Positions 28,445 through 38,161 of a stretch of DNA of 64,000 bases are shown one piece after another. Location: positions 7,910 through 71,909 of the IMG/VR virus record IMGVR_UViG_3300030116_003110. One strand, given 5' to 3'. The DNA is from a virus. The position numbers and the translations under genes are program-made. The notes under the pieces are model-generated. The model ran no database searches. It was given only the letters and a program-made list of their open reading frames with translations, and had not been told where the DNA came from. Numbering within the stretch: position 1 is the stretch's first letter; the number at the start of each line of letters is the position of its first letter.

Positions 28445-29177
28445 ACCAGAGTTATATCACAAAAGAGAACAGTTTATTGCAGATAAAATTAAAGAATATC
28501 CAGACCTTAACATTTCTCTTGATAGAACAGTTACTTCAAAGAAAACACCTATTTTAAACACTTTATGGACAATTTACAAAACTGATAGTTTAAACAAAAA
28601 CTGGAATTGGACAGACTATCCAGATAATCATTATTTACAGTCTTCAGTTGGTAGTAAAATTAGTAAATTACTATCTGCTACTTCTTGTTTTGAAACTAGA
28701 GACAATATTGTAAACCCCATTTGTATTACTGTAGGAGATTCTTATTGGGTACATCCCGGAACACACAGGTATTACTTAAACAAAGTATGTGATGATTTTG
28801 ACTTGCCAGCTATTATTGTTGATGTTAATGGTTATAATGAATATAAAATTAAATCTGACTTTGATAATGTTGAACCATTTACAGATGAGTTAATATTAGG
28901 AGCTCGTAGTAGATTAAATTCATATCATATCTCACCAGTGTCAATTGCAATTGATAATTCGTTTTATGAATTAGAATGGGACGTTACTCAGAGAATTTTC
29001 AATAAACCATATGCATTAAAAATCTACATGGGTGATAAGCACTTTCTTACCATACCTAATGGTAGACAAGAAAAGTGTTTTATGGTAAAAGATATGTTGG
29101 GATTGACTCAACTTGCTATCCACCAATACTCTGATCCTGATTATGAATTTAAGGAATTATATTATGAACCCCTTTGA
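28431..29177 (+). CDS. Hypothetical protein, paralog B (ParB/Srx-like motif)
   Basis: NPICITVGDSYWVHPGTHRY; colinear with the previous gene. Confidence 0.6.
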   Translation: MKDNRPELYHKREQFIADKIKEYPDLNISLDRTVTSKKTPILNTLWTIYKTDSLNKNWNWTDYPDNHYLQSSVGSKISKLLSATSCFETRDNIVNPICITVGDSYWVHPGTHRYYLNKVCDDFDLPAIIVDVNGYNEYKIKSDFDNVEPFTDELILGARSRLNSYHISPVSIAIDNSFYELEWDVTQRIFNKPYALKIYMGDKHFLTIPNGRQEKCFMVKDMLGLTQLAIHQYSDPDYEFKELYYEPL

Positions 29178-29559
29178 TTTTGTTTCTGCAATTAACAAGA
29201 AGCAGAATATCATGCATGATGATCTTGATGAGAAATCATACAATTCTTTTATGGTCAATCATGCCTATTCATATTTCCCTGATACTGTGTTACAGGTGAA
29301 TGAGATGAACCGCTACCATGAGATAGACTCCAAGCTGCAAAATGACTTTTTGCTAAATACTATAAGGAAAAATCCCAAGCGGTTCTCCAAATGGAATAAA
29401 CCGTTTACGGATGAAAGTCTTGAAGCGGTGAAAGAATATTATGGATATAGCAATAGCAAAGCTCGTTCTGCTCTTTCACTACTTTCTACTGAAGAAATAA
29501 ACATAATTAAAAAGAAGGTAGATCATGGTGGAAGAAGAAAGAGAAGTAAATTTAGTTGA
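29164..29559 (+). CDS. gp62: Clamp loader small subunit gp62
   Basis: MNPFDFV, FPDT...NEMN, RFSKW, VKEYYGYSN. Confidence 0.92.
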   Translation: MNPFDFVSAINKKQNIMHDDLDEKSYNSFMVNHAYSYFPDTVLQVNEMNRYHEIDSKLQNDFLLNTIRKNPKRFSKWNKPFTDESLEAVKEYYGYSNSKARSALSLLSTEEINIIKKKVDHGGRRKRSKFS

Positions 29560-29944
29560 ATGGTCACCAAGTGATATGTTAGAAATCACTTTGAATGAAC
29601 CAGACGATTTTTTAAAAGTAAAAGAAACACTCACTCGTATTGGTGTAGCATCTCGCAAAGATAAAAAGTTGTACCAGTCTTGTCATATTTTGCACAAGCA
29701 AGGTAGATACTTTATTACACACTTTAAAGAGTTGTTCTTACTTGACGGTAACAAATCAACATTAGAAAAAACAGATATTGAACGTCGCAATACAATTGCA
29801 ACTCTTCTGTCTGATTGGGGACTATTGACTATCGTTAATAAAGACAAGGCAAAAGACGTGGCTCCTTTAAGGCAGATCAAAGTTTTGCCTTTTAAAGAAA
29901 AAAATGAATGGGAACTATGTCCAAAGTACAACATTGGGAAGTAA
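29525..29944 (+). CDS. regA: Translational repressor RegA
   Basis: DDFLKVKETLTRIGVASRK, LYQSCHILHKQGRYFITHFKELF, PKYNIG. Confidence 0.97.
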   Translation: MVEEEREVNLVEWSPSDMLEITLNEPDDFLKVKETLTRIGVASRKDKKLYQSCHILHKQGRYFITHFKELFLLDGNKSTLEKTDIERRNTIATLLSDWGLLTIVNKDKAKDVAPLRQIKVLPFKEKNEWELCPKYNIGK

Positions 29945-30483
29945 ATCAAACTTTTATTGATACTTGTAATGAAAATGTAAAGTTAATCAGATCAGCATAT
30001 AAAAAAAGAGAACCTACAAAACTTAAATCTTTTATCAATTTCAAAAATTATGAAGATGAGTGGTGGGATAGATTTTACAGAGAAATACCATCCGATTCTT
30101 TGAAGCGTCATTGGTTAAATAGGGGTATGATAAAGTTTAACTATACCAAAGATATGAATATTCCTATTTTAAATGATCTATCAGAACATCTATTCAGTAA
30201 AGTATTTAATGATCACACTGTAGTATGTTGGGTTAGTTTAAATGAAGAAGATACTGGAACAAATTGGCACAAAGATTTTCAACCCAATACTTCTATTCCT
30301 ACTTATTTAATCTGTATGAACTTGATTGGACAGACCAATTGGCAATTTGAATCCTCTGAAGATATTGACATGCAGGTTGGTGATGTTATTGCTCAAAACG
30401 GCAGCATGCCACATAAAATTATAGCAAAGGGGATGCGAATTACTTTAGCTGGGCATAGTAGTTTGCATAATGTAAAATTATAA
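29908..30483 (+). CDS. Cupin / 2OG-Fe(II) oxygenase-like protein, paralog A
   Basis: WHKD, NLIGQTNW, distal H and R (PHK..RIT). Confidence 0.65.
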   Translation: MGTMSKVQHWEVNQTFIDTCNENVKLIRSAYKKREPTKLKSFINFKNYEDEWWDRFYREIPSDSLKRHWLNRGMIKFNYTKDMNIPILNDLSEHLFSKVFNDHTVVCWVSLNEEDTGTNWHKDFQPNTSIPTYLICMNLIGQTNWQFESSEDIDMQVGDVIAQNGSMPHKIIAKGMRITLAGHSSLHNVKL

Positions 30484-30530
30484 AATCTTGGAAACCAAAT
30501 CAAACTTTTATTGATACTTGCAGTAAAAAT

Positions 30531-31055
30531 GTGGACCTAGTAAAATCAGAAACTGGTTCAATTAAAAAACTCAAATCTTTTGCTGATTTTAAAAATTATG
30601 AAGATGATTGGTGGGATCAAATCAAAACTGAAATTGCTAATCGCAAGATGATGAAGACTCCAACTCCCGGACAAGTAAGATATTTTTATATACCTAATAC
30701 AAATATACCCGTATTAGATAATTTATCAGAACATTTTTATAAAAAGATATATGACAAATACCACATTCATTGTTTTATCAGCGTAAGTGATGAAGATGTA
30801 GGCACACCTTGGCATACAGACACAAAAAATTTGAGTTACTTACTTACTATCAATCTAATTGGAAAAACTACTTGGGAATTTGAAAATGGTATAGTCATTG
30901 ACATGAACCCCGGTGATGCGATGATTCAAAATGGAAGTGTGAGGCATAGAGTTTTAACACATGGTCGGAGAGTAACAGTAGCTGCATTTTCTGAAGAAAA
31001 GGCGCAGTCTTTTAAATATGATCCTGAACAGGGACTTTTTAAAAGACCTTTTTAA
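30531..31055 (+). CDS. Cupin / 2OG-Fe(II) oxygenase-like protein, paralog B (start uncertain)
   Basis: WHTD, NLIGKTTW, RHRV..RVT; homology to paralog A extends upstream to about 30489. Confidence 0.65.
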   Translation: MDLVKSETGSIKKLKSFADFKNYEDDWWDQIKTEIANRKMMKTPTPGQVRYFYIPNTNIPVLDNLSEHFYKKIYDKYHIHCFISVSDEDVGTPWHTDTKNLSYLLTINLIGKTTWEFENGIVIDMNPGDAMIQNGSVRHRVLTHGRRVTVAAFSEEKAQSFKYDPEQGLFKRPF

Positions 31056-31086
31056 ATTCTTATCAAAAGTGTTTTGCATTTTTTGC

Positions 31087-31117
31087 TTGACAAATGGTCT
31101 TACCTATGATATAAATA
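31087..31117 (+). promoter_or_regulatory. Dual sigma70/late promoter for hsp20
   Basis: TTGACA-N17-TATAAA, where the -10 box is part of an exact TATAAATA. Confidence 0.7.
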
Positions 31118-31122
31118 TTTCT

Positions 31123-31177
31123 GTAGATGCGAATAGTCGGTCTACTTTTTCTCGCTAATTATAGGAGATTTCAGATG
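31123..31177 (+). promoter_or_regulatory. ROSE-like RNA thermometer in the hsp20 5' UTR
   Basis: TCTCGCT can pair with SD AGGAGA leaving a bulged G; upstream hairpin gtaga/tctac. Confidence 0.7.
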
Positions 31178-31639
31178 ACAAACAATCAGAAATACGCTCG
31201 TTTTCCCCGTTCTGCCTTTGTAGGTTTTGATCATATTTTCAAAGAACTTGAAGACATGACCAAGCATGCTTCAGACCATTATCCTCCGCACAATATTATT
31301 AAAGATGAAGATATGAAGTATCGTATTGAAATCGCAACGGCAGGGTTTAAGGAAGAAGAGTTATCAGTAGAACTTAAAGATGGTGTTCTGCATGTAAATG
31401 GTGACCATACCCCAAGAGGTCTGGAATTCATTCACAAAGGAATTTCCACCCGCAAGTTCCACCGTTCTTTTAGACTATCTGAATATACACAAGTTACAGG
31501 AGCTTCTCTGGAGAACGGCATTCTAGCAATTCATTTAGAAGTCGTACTGCCCGAAGAGAAGAAGCCTCGCAAAATTGCAATTAACAATCACAGCGAGGTA
31601 ACAAACAATGCTGAACTTCTTACGGAAGGTGGGCAATAG
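31175..31639 (+). CDS. hsp20: Small heat shock protein Hsp20 (IbpA-like)
   Basis: FVGFD, YPPHNI, IATAGF, HKGISTRKF, ASLENGIL. Confidence 0.95.
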   Translation: MTNNQKYARFPRSAFVGFDHIFKELEDMTKHASDHYPPHNIIKDEDMKYRIEIATAGFKEEELSVELKDGVLHVNGDHTPRGLEFIHKGISTRKFHRSFRLSEYTQVTGASLENGILAIHLEVVLPEEKKPRKIAINNHSEVTNNAELLTEGGQ

Positions 31640-31784
31640 TCTCATTGAATCACGTATGCACCACGCCTACTACGGCGTAGCAAACTACATCCAACGTGAA
31701 TACCACACTGGTATTCCTACTGGCGAATTAGTTGATATGTTAAAAAAGGATGGATACGATGCAGTCATTAATAAAGTCAGCTAA
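31608..31784 (+). CDS. Small 58-aa protein absent from the ORF track (MLNFLRKVGNSLIESR...)
   Basis: GAGG RBS; bridges hsp20 and the next gene with overlaps at both ends. Confidence 0.6.
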   Translation: MLNFLRKVGNSLIESRMHHAYYGVANYIQREYHTGIPTGELVDMLKKDGYDAVINKVS

Positions 31785-31956
31785 AAACTGGTTTACTAAA
31801 CAAGCCAAAAGAGCTGCAATGTCTGAGGAAGAAAGATACCTTTCCGACTCAATTGACCTTGTGGACTTTGAAGCACGCCAACAAAAGATCATGTACAACC
31901 AAGCACCGTACCAGATCAACGGCAGACATTGGTTAGACTCACGTCAATACCATTAA
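31750..31956 (+). CDS. DUF3563-like small protein
   Basis: EERYLSDSIDLVDFEARQ pattern. Confidence 0.6.
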   Translation: MDTMQSLIKSAKNWFTKQAKRAAMSEEERYLSDSIDLVDFEARQQKIMYNQAPYQINGRHWLDSRQYH

Positions 31957-31960
31957 TAAG

Positions 31961-31983
31961 AGGGAGCTCCGGCTCCCTTTTTT
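31961..31983 (+). terminator. Rho-independent terminator
   Basis: agggagc-tccg-gctccct followed by a T run. Confidence 0.85.
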
Positions 31984-31984
31984 C

Positions 31985-32013
31985 TTGACACAAAGTAAAA
32001 TATAATATATAAT
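31985..32013 (+). promoter_or_regulatory. Sigma70-type promoter for DNA polymerase
   Basis: TTGACA-N17-TATAAT. Confidence 0.85.
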
Positions 32014-32037
32014 GATCCTTCACACTCAAAGAGGGTA

Positions 32038-34521
32038 ATGATGCAATTTTACACTTCCGTCAATCGTCTGGGCAACTCCATTCTTGTGAGGGGTTACAAA
32101 GATGGTGTAAAGACGCAGGAACGCATTAAGTTCAAACCAACATACTATGTTCCAACAAAAGAAAATACAGAGTGGAAATCTTTAAGTGGACAGCCAGTCG
32201 CACCAGTTACATTCAATTCCTCCAAAGAAGCACGGGAGTTCCTTGACCGATATAAGGCAGTGGATAATTTTGAGGTGGTGGGCAATACAAATCATGTTGC
32301 TCAGTGGGTTTATGATGTTTATCCTAACCAAATTAAATTTGACCGTGAAGCTATCAACACGACCACAATCGACATTGAGGTGGCTTCCGACGACGGATTC
32401 CCTGAGCCAGATGCTGCTGATTACCCTGTCATTACAATCACTACTAAAAACAATATTGATAATCTTTATCACGTTTGGGGCATGTATGATTATGAACCAG
32501 AGTCGGCAGATGTTAAGTACTATCGGTGCCAAGATGAGCATGAACTACTTCTATCTTTCATTGCTTTCTGGGGTAATCCTTCTAACTGTCCTGATGTAGT
32601 CACAGGCTGGAACACAACATTCTTTGATATTCCCTACCTTGTCAATCGTATCACTAAAGTTCTTGGTGATGACAAGGCAAAGAAAATGTCACCTTGGGAG
32701 CATATCCGTGAACGCAGGGTAAAGAAGAACAACCGTGAACTTCTTGCCTATGAAGTTACAGGTATCCAGCAACTGGACTATTTGGATTTGTTTCAGAAGT
32801 TTGGTTATACCTATGGTGCGCAAGAGTCTTACAAACTTGACCATATTGCCCATGTAGTCTTGGGTGAGAAGAAACTGTCTTATGAAGAGTATGGTTCTCT
32901 ACACTCTCTGTACAAACATGACTTCCAAAAGTTTGTCAACTACAACATTAAAGACGTTGAACTGGTAGACCGCCTAGAAGACAAACTTGGTCTTATTACT
33001 TTGTCAATGACCATGGCCTACAAGGCAGGCTGCAACTTTGTAGATACCTTTGGCACAACAGGCATTTGGGAAACAATCATTTACCGTGACCTTATGTCTC
33101 GCAAGATTGTTCCACCATTGAAGAAAGATAAGAACAAAAACAAATACCCCGGTGCATATGTCAAGGAACCCATACCTGCTATGTATGATTGGGTAGTTTC
33201 CTTTGACCTTGCTTCGTTGTATCCTAATATCTTGGTACAGTGGAACATGTCACCGGAGACTATTGTGGAAAATTTTAAATCAGGTGTGTCAGTAAAGTCC
33301 TGTCTGGATATGGCACCTATGACACACCAAGAGAACCAGACTACGGCTGCTAATGGTGTTGTCTTTCGCACAGATGAGGTAGGTATCCTGCCCCGTATCG
33401 TGAAGGACTACTATGTAGAACGTAAAGTTATCAAAAAGAAAATGCTGGATGCCAAGCAACGGCAGCAAGAGGAAGGTAACTCTTACGAGATTGAGAAAGA
33501 GATTGAACACCTAGAGAACCAGCAAATGTCTATTAAGATTCTGCTTAACTCTTTGTATGGTGCATTGGGTAACCAGTGGTTCAATTACTTTGATCAACGC
33601 ATTGCAGAAGCAATCACCTACAGTGGGCAGCTGTGCATTCTCTGGGCAGAACGTGCCATGAACAATGCTATGTGTGAAGTCTGTGAGGAAGAAGATGACT
33701 ATGTGATTGCGATTGATACTGACTCACTCTATGTCAATATGAAACCATTGATTGATAAGTTTCAACCCAAGAACCCTATTAACTTTCTCTCGGAGTTGGG
33801 TGAAAAGCATTTCCAGCCTATCCTTGCCAAAGCATATGCAGAACTACATGAGTACATGAATTGTAAAGAAAACCGTATGGATATGGAACGTGAGGTAATC
33901 GCAGACCGTGGTGTCTGGACTGCCAAGAAGCGTTACATTCTAAACGTGTTGGATAATGAAGGTGTGCGGTATGCTGAACCCAAGATGAAGATCATGGGAA
34001 TTGAAGCAATCAAATCATCTACTCCACAAGTTGTGCGGGATAAATTCAAAGAAGCCTTTAAGATTATCATGGAAGGGGATGAGGAACGCACTCAGGCGTT
34101 CATACAGGGGTTTAGAGAAGAATTCTATAGTCTACCCCCGGAAGATATCTCATTCCCCCGTGGCGTCTCTAACGTGACAGAATGGAAGGATAGAAACACT
34201 GTCTACAAGAAAGGTTGCCCTATCCATGTTCGGGGATCAATCCTGTATAACAATCAGGTAAACCAATTAGGACTTGACAAACAGTATGAAATGATCCAGA
34301 ATGGTGAGAAGATTAAGTTTGTATATCTCACCCTGCCTAACCCTATCAAAGAAAATATTATCTCATTCCCTATGATGTTACCGCCTGAGTTTAACCTACA
34401 CAAATATGTTGATTATGAAAAGCAGTTCAACAAAACTTTTGTAGAACCTTTGCGGGTTATCCTTGATGCAGTAGGTTGGGAAGTTGAGAAGACTGTAACA
34501 CTAGAGGACTTTTTTGCATAA
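32038..34521 (+). CDS. gp43: Family B DNA polymerase gp43
   Basis: Exo [35 protein letters not shown]. Confidence 0.98.
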   Translation: MMQFYTSVNRLGNSILVRGYKDGVKTQERIKFKPTYYVPTKENTEWKSLSGQPVAPVTFNSSKEAREFLDRYKAVDNFEVVGNTNHVAQWVYDVYPNQIKFDREAINTTTIDIEVASDDGFPEPDAADYPVITITTKNNIDNLYHVWGMYDYEPESADVKYYRCQDEHELLLSFIAFWGNPSNCPDVVTGWNTTFFDIPYLVNRITKVLGDDKAKKMSPWEHIRERRVKKNNRELLAYEVTGIQQLDYLDLFQKFGYTYGAQESYKLDHIAHVVLGEKKLSYEEYGSLHSLYKHDFQKFVNYNIKDVELVDRLEDKLGLITLSMTMAYKAGCNFVDTFGTTGIWETIIYRDLMSRKIVPPLKKDKNKNKYPGAYVKEPIPAMYDWVVSFDLASLYPNILVQWNMSPETIVENFKSGVSVKSCLDMAPMTHQENQTTAANGVVFRTDEVGILPRIVKDYYVERKVIKKKMLDAKQRQQEEGNSYEIEKEIEHLENQQMSIKILLNSLYGALGNQWFNYFDQRIAEAITYSGQLCILWAERAMNNAMCEVCEEEDDYVIAIDTDSLYVNMKPLIDKFQPKNPINFLSELGEKHFQPILAKAYAELHEYMNCKENRMDMEREVIADRGVWTAKKRYILNVLDNEGVRYAEPKMKIMGIEAIKSSTPQVVRDKFKEAFKIIMEGDEERTQAFIQGFREEFYSLPPEDISFPRGVSNVTEWKDRNTVYKKGCPIHVRGSILYNNQVNQLGLDKQYEMIQNGEKIKFVYLTLPNPIKENIISFPMMLPPEFNLHKYVDYEKQFNKTFVEPLRVILDAVGWEVEKTVTLEDFFA

Positions 34522-35039
34522 TGGGTAAAAGAAGTGACTTTGAAAGAGTACCTAGAGATTTCTATCCAACACCCCGTGCTGCTGTTTTACCACTAGTAAA
34601 GCATCTGCCTGAATATTTTGTATTTACAGAACCTTGTGCTGGTGATGGTAGATTGATTGATCATCTACAAAATGCTGGTGGGTTTTGTGTAGATGCCTAT
34701 GATATTGAACCAAGACGTGAAGGTATTCGTCGGAAAGATTTTACAGAAGTTGTTCCTAGAGGTGATATGGTTATCACTAATCCGCCTTGGGATAGGAAGA
34801 TACTCCATCCACTCATTACACATTTTGTTTTAGAGAGAGAAAAACCTACATGGTTGCTGTTTGATGCAGATTGGGTGCATACTAAACAAAGTGCTGAGTT
34901 TACACCATATCTTAAAAAGATTGTAAGTATTGGTAGAGTTAAGTGGATTGAAGGTAGCAGCTCTGTAGGAAAAGACAATTGCTGTTGGTATTTGTTTGAC
35001 AAATCCGAAAATGATGGTATAATGTTCTTTGGACGTTAA
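34521..35039 (+). CDS. Amino (N6-A or N4-C) DNA methyltransferase-like protein
   Basis: DFYPTP, EPCAGDG (motif I), ITNPPW (motif IV). Confidence 0.8.
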   Translation: MGKRSDFERVPRDFYPTPRAAVLPLVKHLPEYFVFTEPCAGDGRLIDHLQNAGGFCVDAYDIEPRREGIRRKDFTEVVPRGDMVITNPPWDRKILHPLITHFVLEREKPTWLLFDADWVHTKQSAEFTPYLKKIVSIGRVKWIEGSSSVGKDNCCWYLFDKSENDGIMFFGR

Positions 35040-35050
35040 GGAATTACATT

Positions 35051-36169
35051 ATGATTTTATCAGCAGTTGACACTGCTTTTATCTTTGACAAACTGACAGA
35101 CTTCTACTCTAACTTCAATCGTATTGATGACTACATGCGAGTGAAGAAGGTAGAACGTCTGCGCAGTATCAATGCATTTCCGGGTATGTTGGAGTCAGAA
35201 CTATTTCAAGACTTTGATATGTCTCCTGAAGATATGGAGATTGATATTCAGCCTGCATCTGCATCACACTTCCGTGACTTGCTGGACATTACTGCATCTT
35301 TTAATGGTGAGACTGCACCGGGTAGAAAGGTTGAGTTGTTTGTCAAAGAAAAGAAGACCAATACTATTCTGGGATTTATCAAACTCAACTCTCCCCTGAT
35401 TAATTGTAAACCTCGTAATGATTGGCTGGGTGCTGCACCTGACCTGAGACAATTCAATAAGCACACTATCATGGGATACATTATTGTTCCAGTGCAACCT
35501 TTTGGTTTCAACTGTCTTGGTGGTAAACTACTTAGTCTGGTTTGCTGTTCTCATGAGGTCCGTGAGATTGTCAGTAAAAAGTATGACATGAACTTGTGTC
35601 TGTTTGAGACTACATCTCTCTATGGCAATATCAAAGGAACCAGTCAGTATGATGGACTGAAACCTTACCTGCGTCATGGTGGTGATACTGAGTCTGACTT
35701 CCAGATGATTTTGCCTGATGATTTCTACAACTGGATTTTTGATTGGTCTGTAGAAAAGAATGGTGGTGAACGTCTTATTGAACGTGCTGGTGCTAATGCA
35801 TCTGGTTACAAACTCAAGTATCAGGCAAAGATATTCAGTGCTGTACGGCAGTCTATCAAAGAGCATATGCCAGAACGTCTTGAAGAATACAACACACTGA
35901 TGAAGAAGTCTAAGCAACTCAATACACAGAAACGTTACTACCGTTCTGATTATGGTTTTGCTAATGCTAAAGAAGTTCTACTAGGTAAGCAAGATAAACT
36001 CTTGCCAAACCCACAGAACTATGATAAGTTCTATCTTGATAATCTTGTAAAGTGGTGGAAGAAGAAAGCAGTTAACAGATACACTAAATTACAAGATGAA
36101 GGTAGACTTCGCAATACCCTTGAGGTATGGACAGAAGACACTATTAACACAATTGATATTATTCGCTAG
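35051..36169 (+). CDS. DUF4338 (DruA-like) domain protein
   Basis: PGR, IVPVQPFGFNCLGGKLL, ETTSLYG, SQYDG. Confidence 0.65.
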   Translation: MILSAVDTAFIFDKLTDFYSNFNRIDDYMRVKKVERLRSINAFPGMLESELFQDFDMSPEDMEIDIQPASASHFRDLLDITASFNGETAPGRKVELFVKEKKTNTILGFIKLNSPLINCKPRNDWLGAAPDLRQFNKHTIMGYIIVPVQPFGFNCLGGKLLSLVCCSHEVREIVSKKYDMNLCLFETTSLYGNIKGTSQYDGLKPYLRHGGDTESDFQMILPDDFYNWIFDWSVEKNGGERLIERAGANASGYKLKYQAKIFSAVRQSIKEHMPERLEEYNTLMKKSKQLNTQKRYYRSDYGFANAKEVLLGKQDKLLPNPQNYDKFYLDNLVKWWKKKAVNRYTKLQDEGRLRNTLEVWTEDTINTIDIIR

Positions 36170-36180
36170 GAGATTATATT

Positions 36181-36585
36181 ATGGTTCCCGTAACCAACTT
36201 TGAAAAAGTTATGCACTTTATGAATAAATTTGGTCAAGAGATTAAAAAGACACCAGACTGGCCAGACCCTGAGACTAAACATCTCCGTGTTGATTTGATT
36301 GAAGAAGAACTGCAAGAACTGAAAGATGCAATCAGTGATAATGACATTGTTGGAGTTGCTGATGCTCTTGCAGATATTCTTTATGTCACCTATGGTGCAG
36401 GTGCTGCATTTGGTATTAACCTTGATGTTTGCTTTCAAGAAGTGCATGGCAGTAACATGTCAAAGCTTGGTGAGGATGGAAAACCTGTTTATCGTGAAGA
36501 CGGTAAAGTGATGAAAGGTCCAAACTATCGTGAACCTGACCTAGAAGCTGTTCTTGGTGGCAAACTTCCAAAGCGTCTACAATAA
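36181..36585 (+). CDS. MazG-like / PRA-PH family NTP pyrophosphohydrolase
   Basis: LIEEELQEL, DALADILYVTYG, VHGSNMSK, REDGKVMKGPNY. Confidence 0.88.
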   Translation: MVPVTNFEKVMHFMNKFGQEIKKTPDWPDPETKHLRVDLIEEELQELKDAISDNDIVGVADALADILYVTYGAGAAFGINLDVCFQEVHGSNMSKLGEDGKPVYREDGKVMKGPNYREPDLEAVLGGKLPKRLQ

Positions 36586-36596
36586 GGAGATATTAT

Positions 36597-37376
36597 ATGA
36601 AAATTATTGCAGGCCCCTGCCAGTTAGAAGAAGATTCCATTGAAGTTGCCAAGTTTTGCAAACGTATTGCAGAAGATTATGGTATGGAATATTACTTCAA
36701 GGCAAGTTTTGACAAAGCTAACAGAACTTCACTAAATAATAAACGAGGGTTAGGTGTTGAAAAAGCAATGCCTATCTTTGATGAGATTAGACGTGAAGTT
36801 GGTTGTAAGATTGTGACCGATGTGCACACAACAGGACAGTGTGCTATCATCAAAGAAGTAGTTGATGTACTACAAATCCCCGCTTTTCTGTGTAGACAAA
36901 CTGACTTACTATTGGCAGCAAAAGGTACAGGAAAGATTGTTAATGTAAAAAAGGGGCAGTTCCTAGCTCCGTGGGATGTAGCTGGTATTATTAGCAAAGT
37001 AGGAGATGAGAATGTCTGGATTACTGAACGGGGTACTTCTTTTGGTTACAATACCCTTGTCAATGATTTTACTGGTCTTCAATATATGTCTGAGAATTTT
37101 TCTACTCCCATTATTTTTGATGCCACTCATAGTGTCCAGAAACCCGGTGGCCTCGGTGGTACTTCTGGGGGTAATCGTGACTATGTACCTGCTCTGGTTC
37201 GTGCCGCTGTTGCAACGGGTCATGTAGATGGTATCTTTATGGAAGTGCATCCTGATCCAGATAATGCCCCTTCCGATGGACCTAATAGTCTTACCTTTGC
37301 AATGTATGAAAAAGTGATTAAGCAAATTAGTGATATTCACAAAACTGTAATGCACCTATGGGAGTTTGATAATTGA
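36597..37376 (+). CDS. kdsA: KDO-8-phosphate synthase
   Basis: IAGPC, KASFDKANRTS, QIPAFLCRQTDLL, KKGQF, ERG, DATHSVQ, EVHPDP..SDG. Confidence 0.96.
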   Translation: MKIIAGPCQLEEDSIEVAKFCKRIAEDYGMEYYFKASFDKANRTSLNNKRGLGVEKAMPIFDEIRREVGCKIVTDVHTTGQCAIIKEVVDVLQIPAFLCRQTDLLLAAKGTGKIVNVKKGQFLAPWDVAGIISKVGDENVWITERGTSFGYNTLVNDFTGLQYMSENFSTPIIFDATHSVQKPGGLGGTSGGNRDYVPALVRAAVATGHVDGIFMEVHPDPDNAPSDGPNSLTFAMYEKVIKQISDIHKTVMHLWEFDN

Positions 37377-38161
37377 ACCATGAAGCATTTTTATATCTAT
37401 GGTATGATGCACCAAATAAAAAATATTATTTAGGTAAACACAAAGGATCACCAGATGATGGATATACACATTCATCAACTGTATGGGAATCTTTCACTAA
37501 GAATAACATTCCAAAGGGTGTAAGAAGGCGTATACTCGCATATGGTACTGATGAAGAAATGTCTGATTTAGAAGTAAGACTTCTCACAAATAGAAAGAAA
37601 CGATGTTGGGATAGATATTATAATGTTAAATGGTATACATGGGCAATTGGGAGTATGCCACTAGATAAACATCCAAAATGGAAAGGTGGTATCTCATTAA
37701 AATTAAATAAAAAAAATTATCAAAAAGACAAGTTAAAAGAATATCAAGATTTTGGAATAAAATTATTGAATGAAGGATATTCTTATGACGAAATAAAATC
37801 AAAATATCCAGCAGTAGCAAATAAATTGCCTTGGTCATCATTGCCTAGAGAAGAAAAAGATAGAAGGAATAAACTGCAAAGAGATAGATATAAAAATATA
37901 GTAGAATGCTACTGTAGAAAGATTACTTGTGATTCCTGTCTCCAAGCAGGTCATGTTTTATCTAAGGAAGAGAAAAAAAGAAAACGAGCAGACTTGGATG
38001 CTAAAAGATATGAAAAACTTAAAAATGATCCTGTTTGGGTGGAGAATAAAAGAAGAAGAGAAAGAGAAAAATATGCTAATGACCCGGTGTGGGCAGAAAA
38101 GAGAAAAAGAAAAGAAAGAGAAAGGCAACGAAGAAAAAGAATGGAGAAAAAATGCGATTGA
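37373..38161 (+). mobile_element. Free-standing GIY-YIG-like (Seg-type) homing endonuclease
   Basis: FLYLW...YYLGKH...DGYTHSS, catalytic-type E and YYN; basic repeated C-terminus; AT-rich; TTG start. Confidence 0.7.

Noticed and set aside
38089-38151. Lysine-rich N-terminal extension on KdsB in the ORF track
   Set aside because: Alternate-frame reading of the endonuclease 3' end; KdsB homology starts at ATG 38152 after GGAG.
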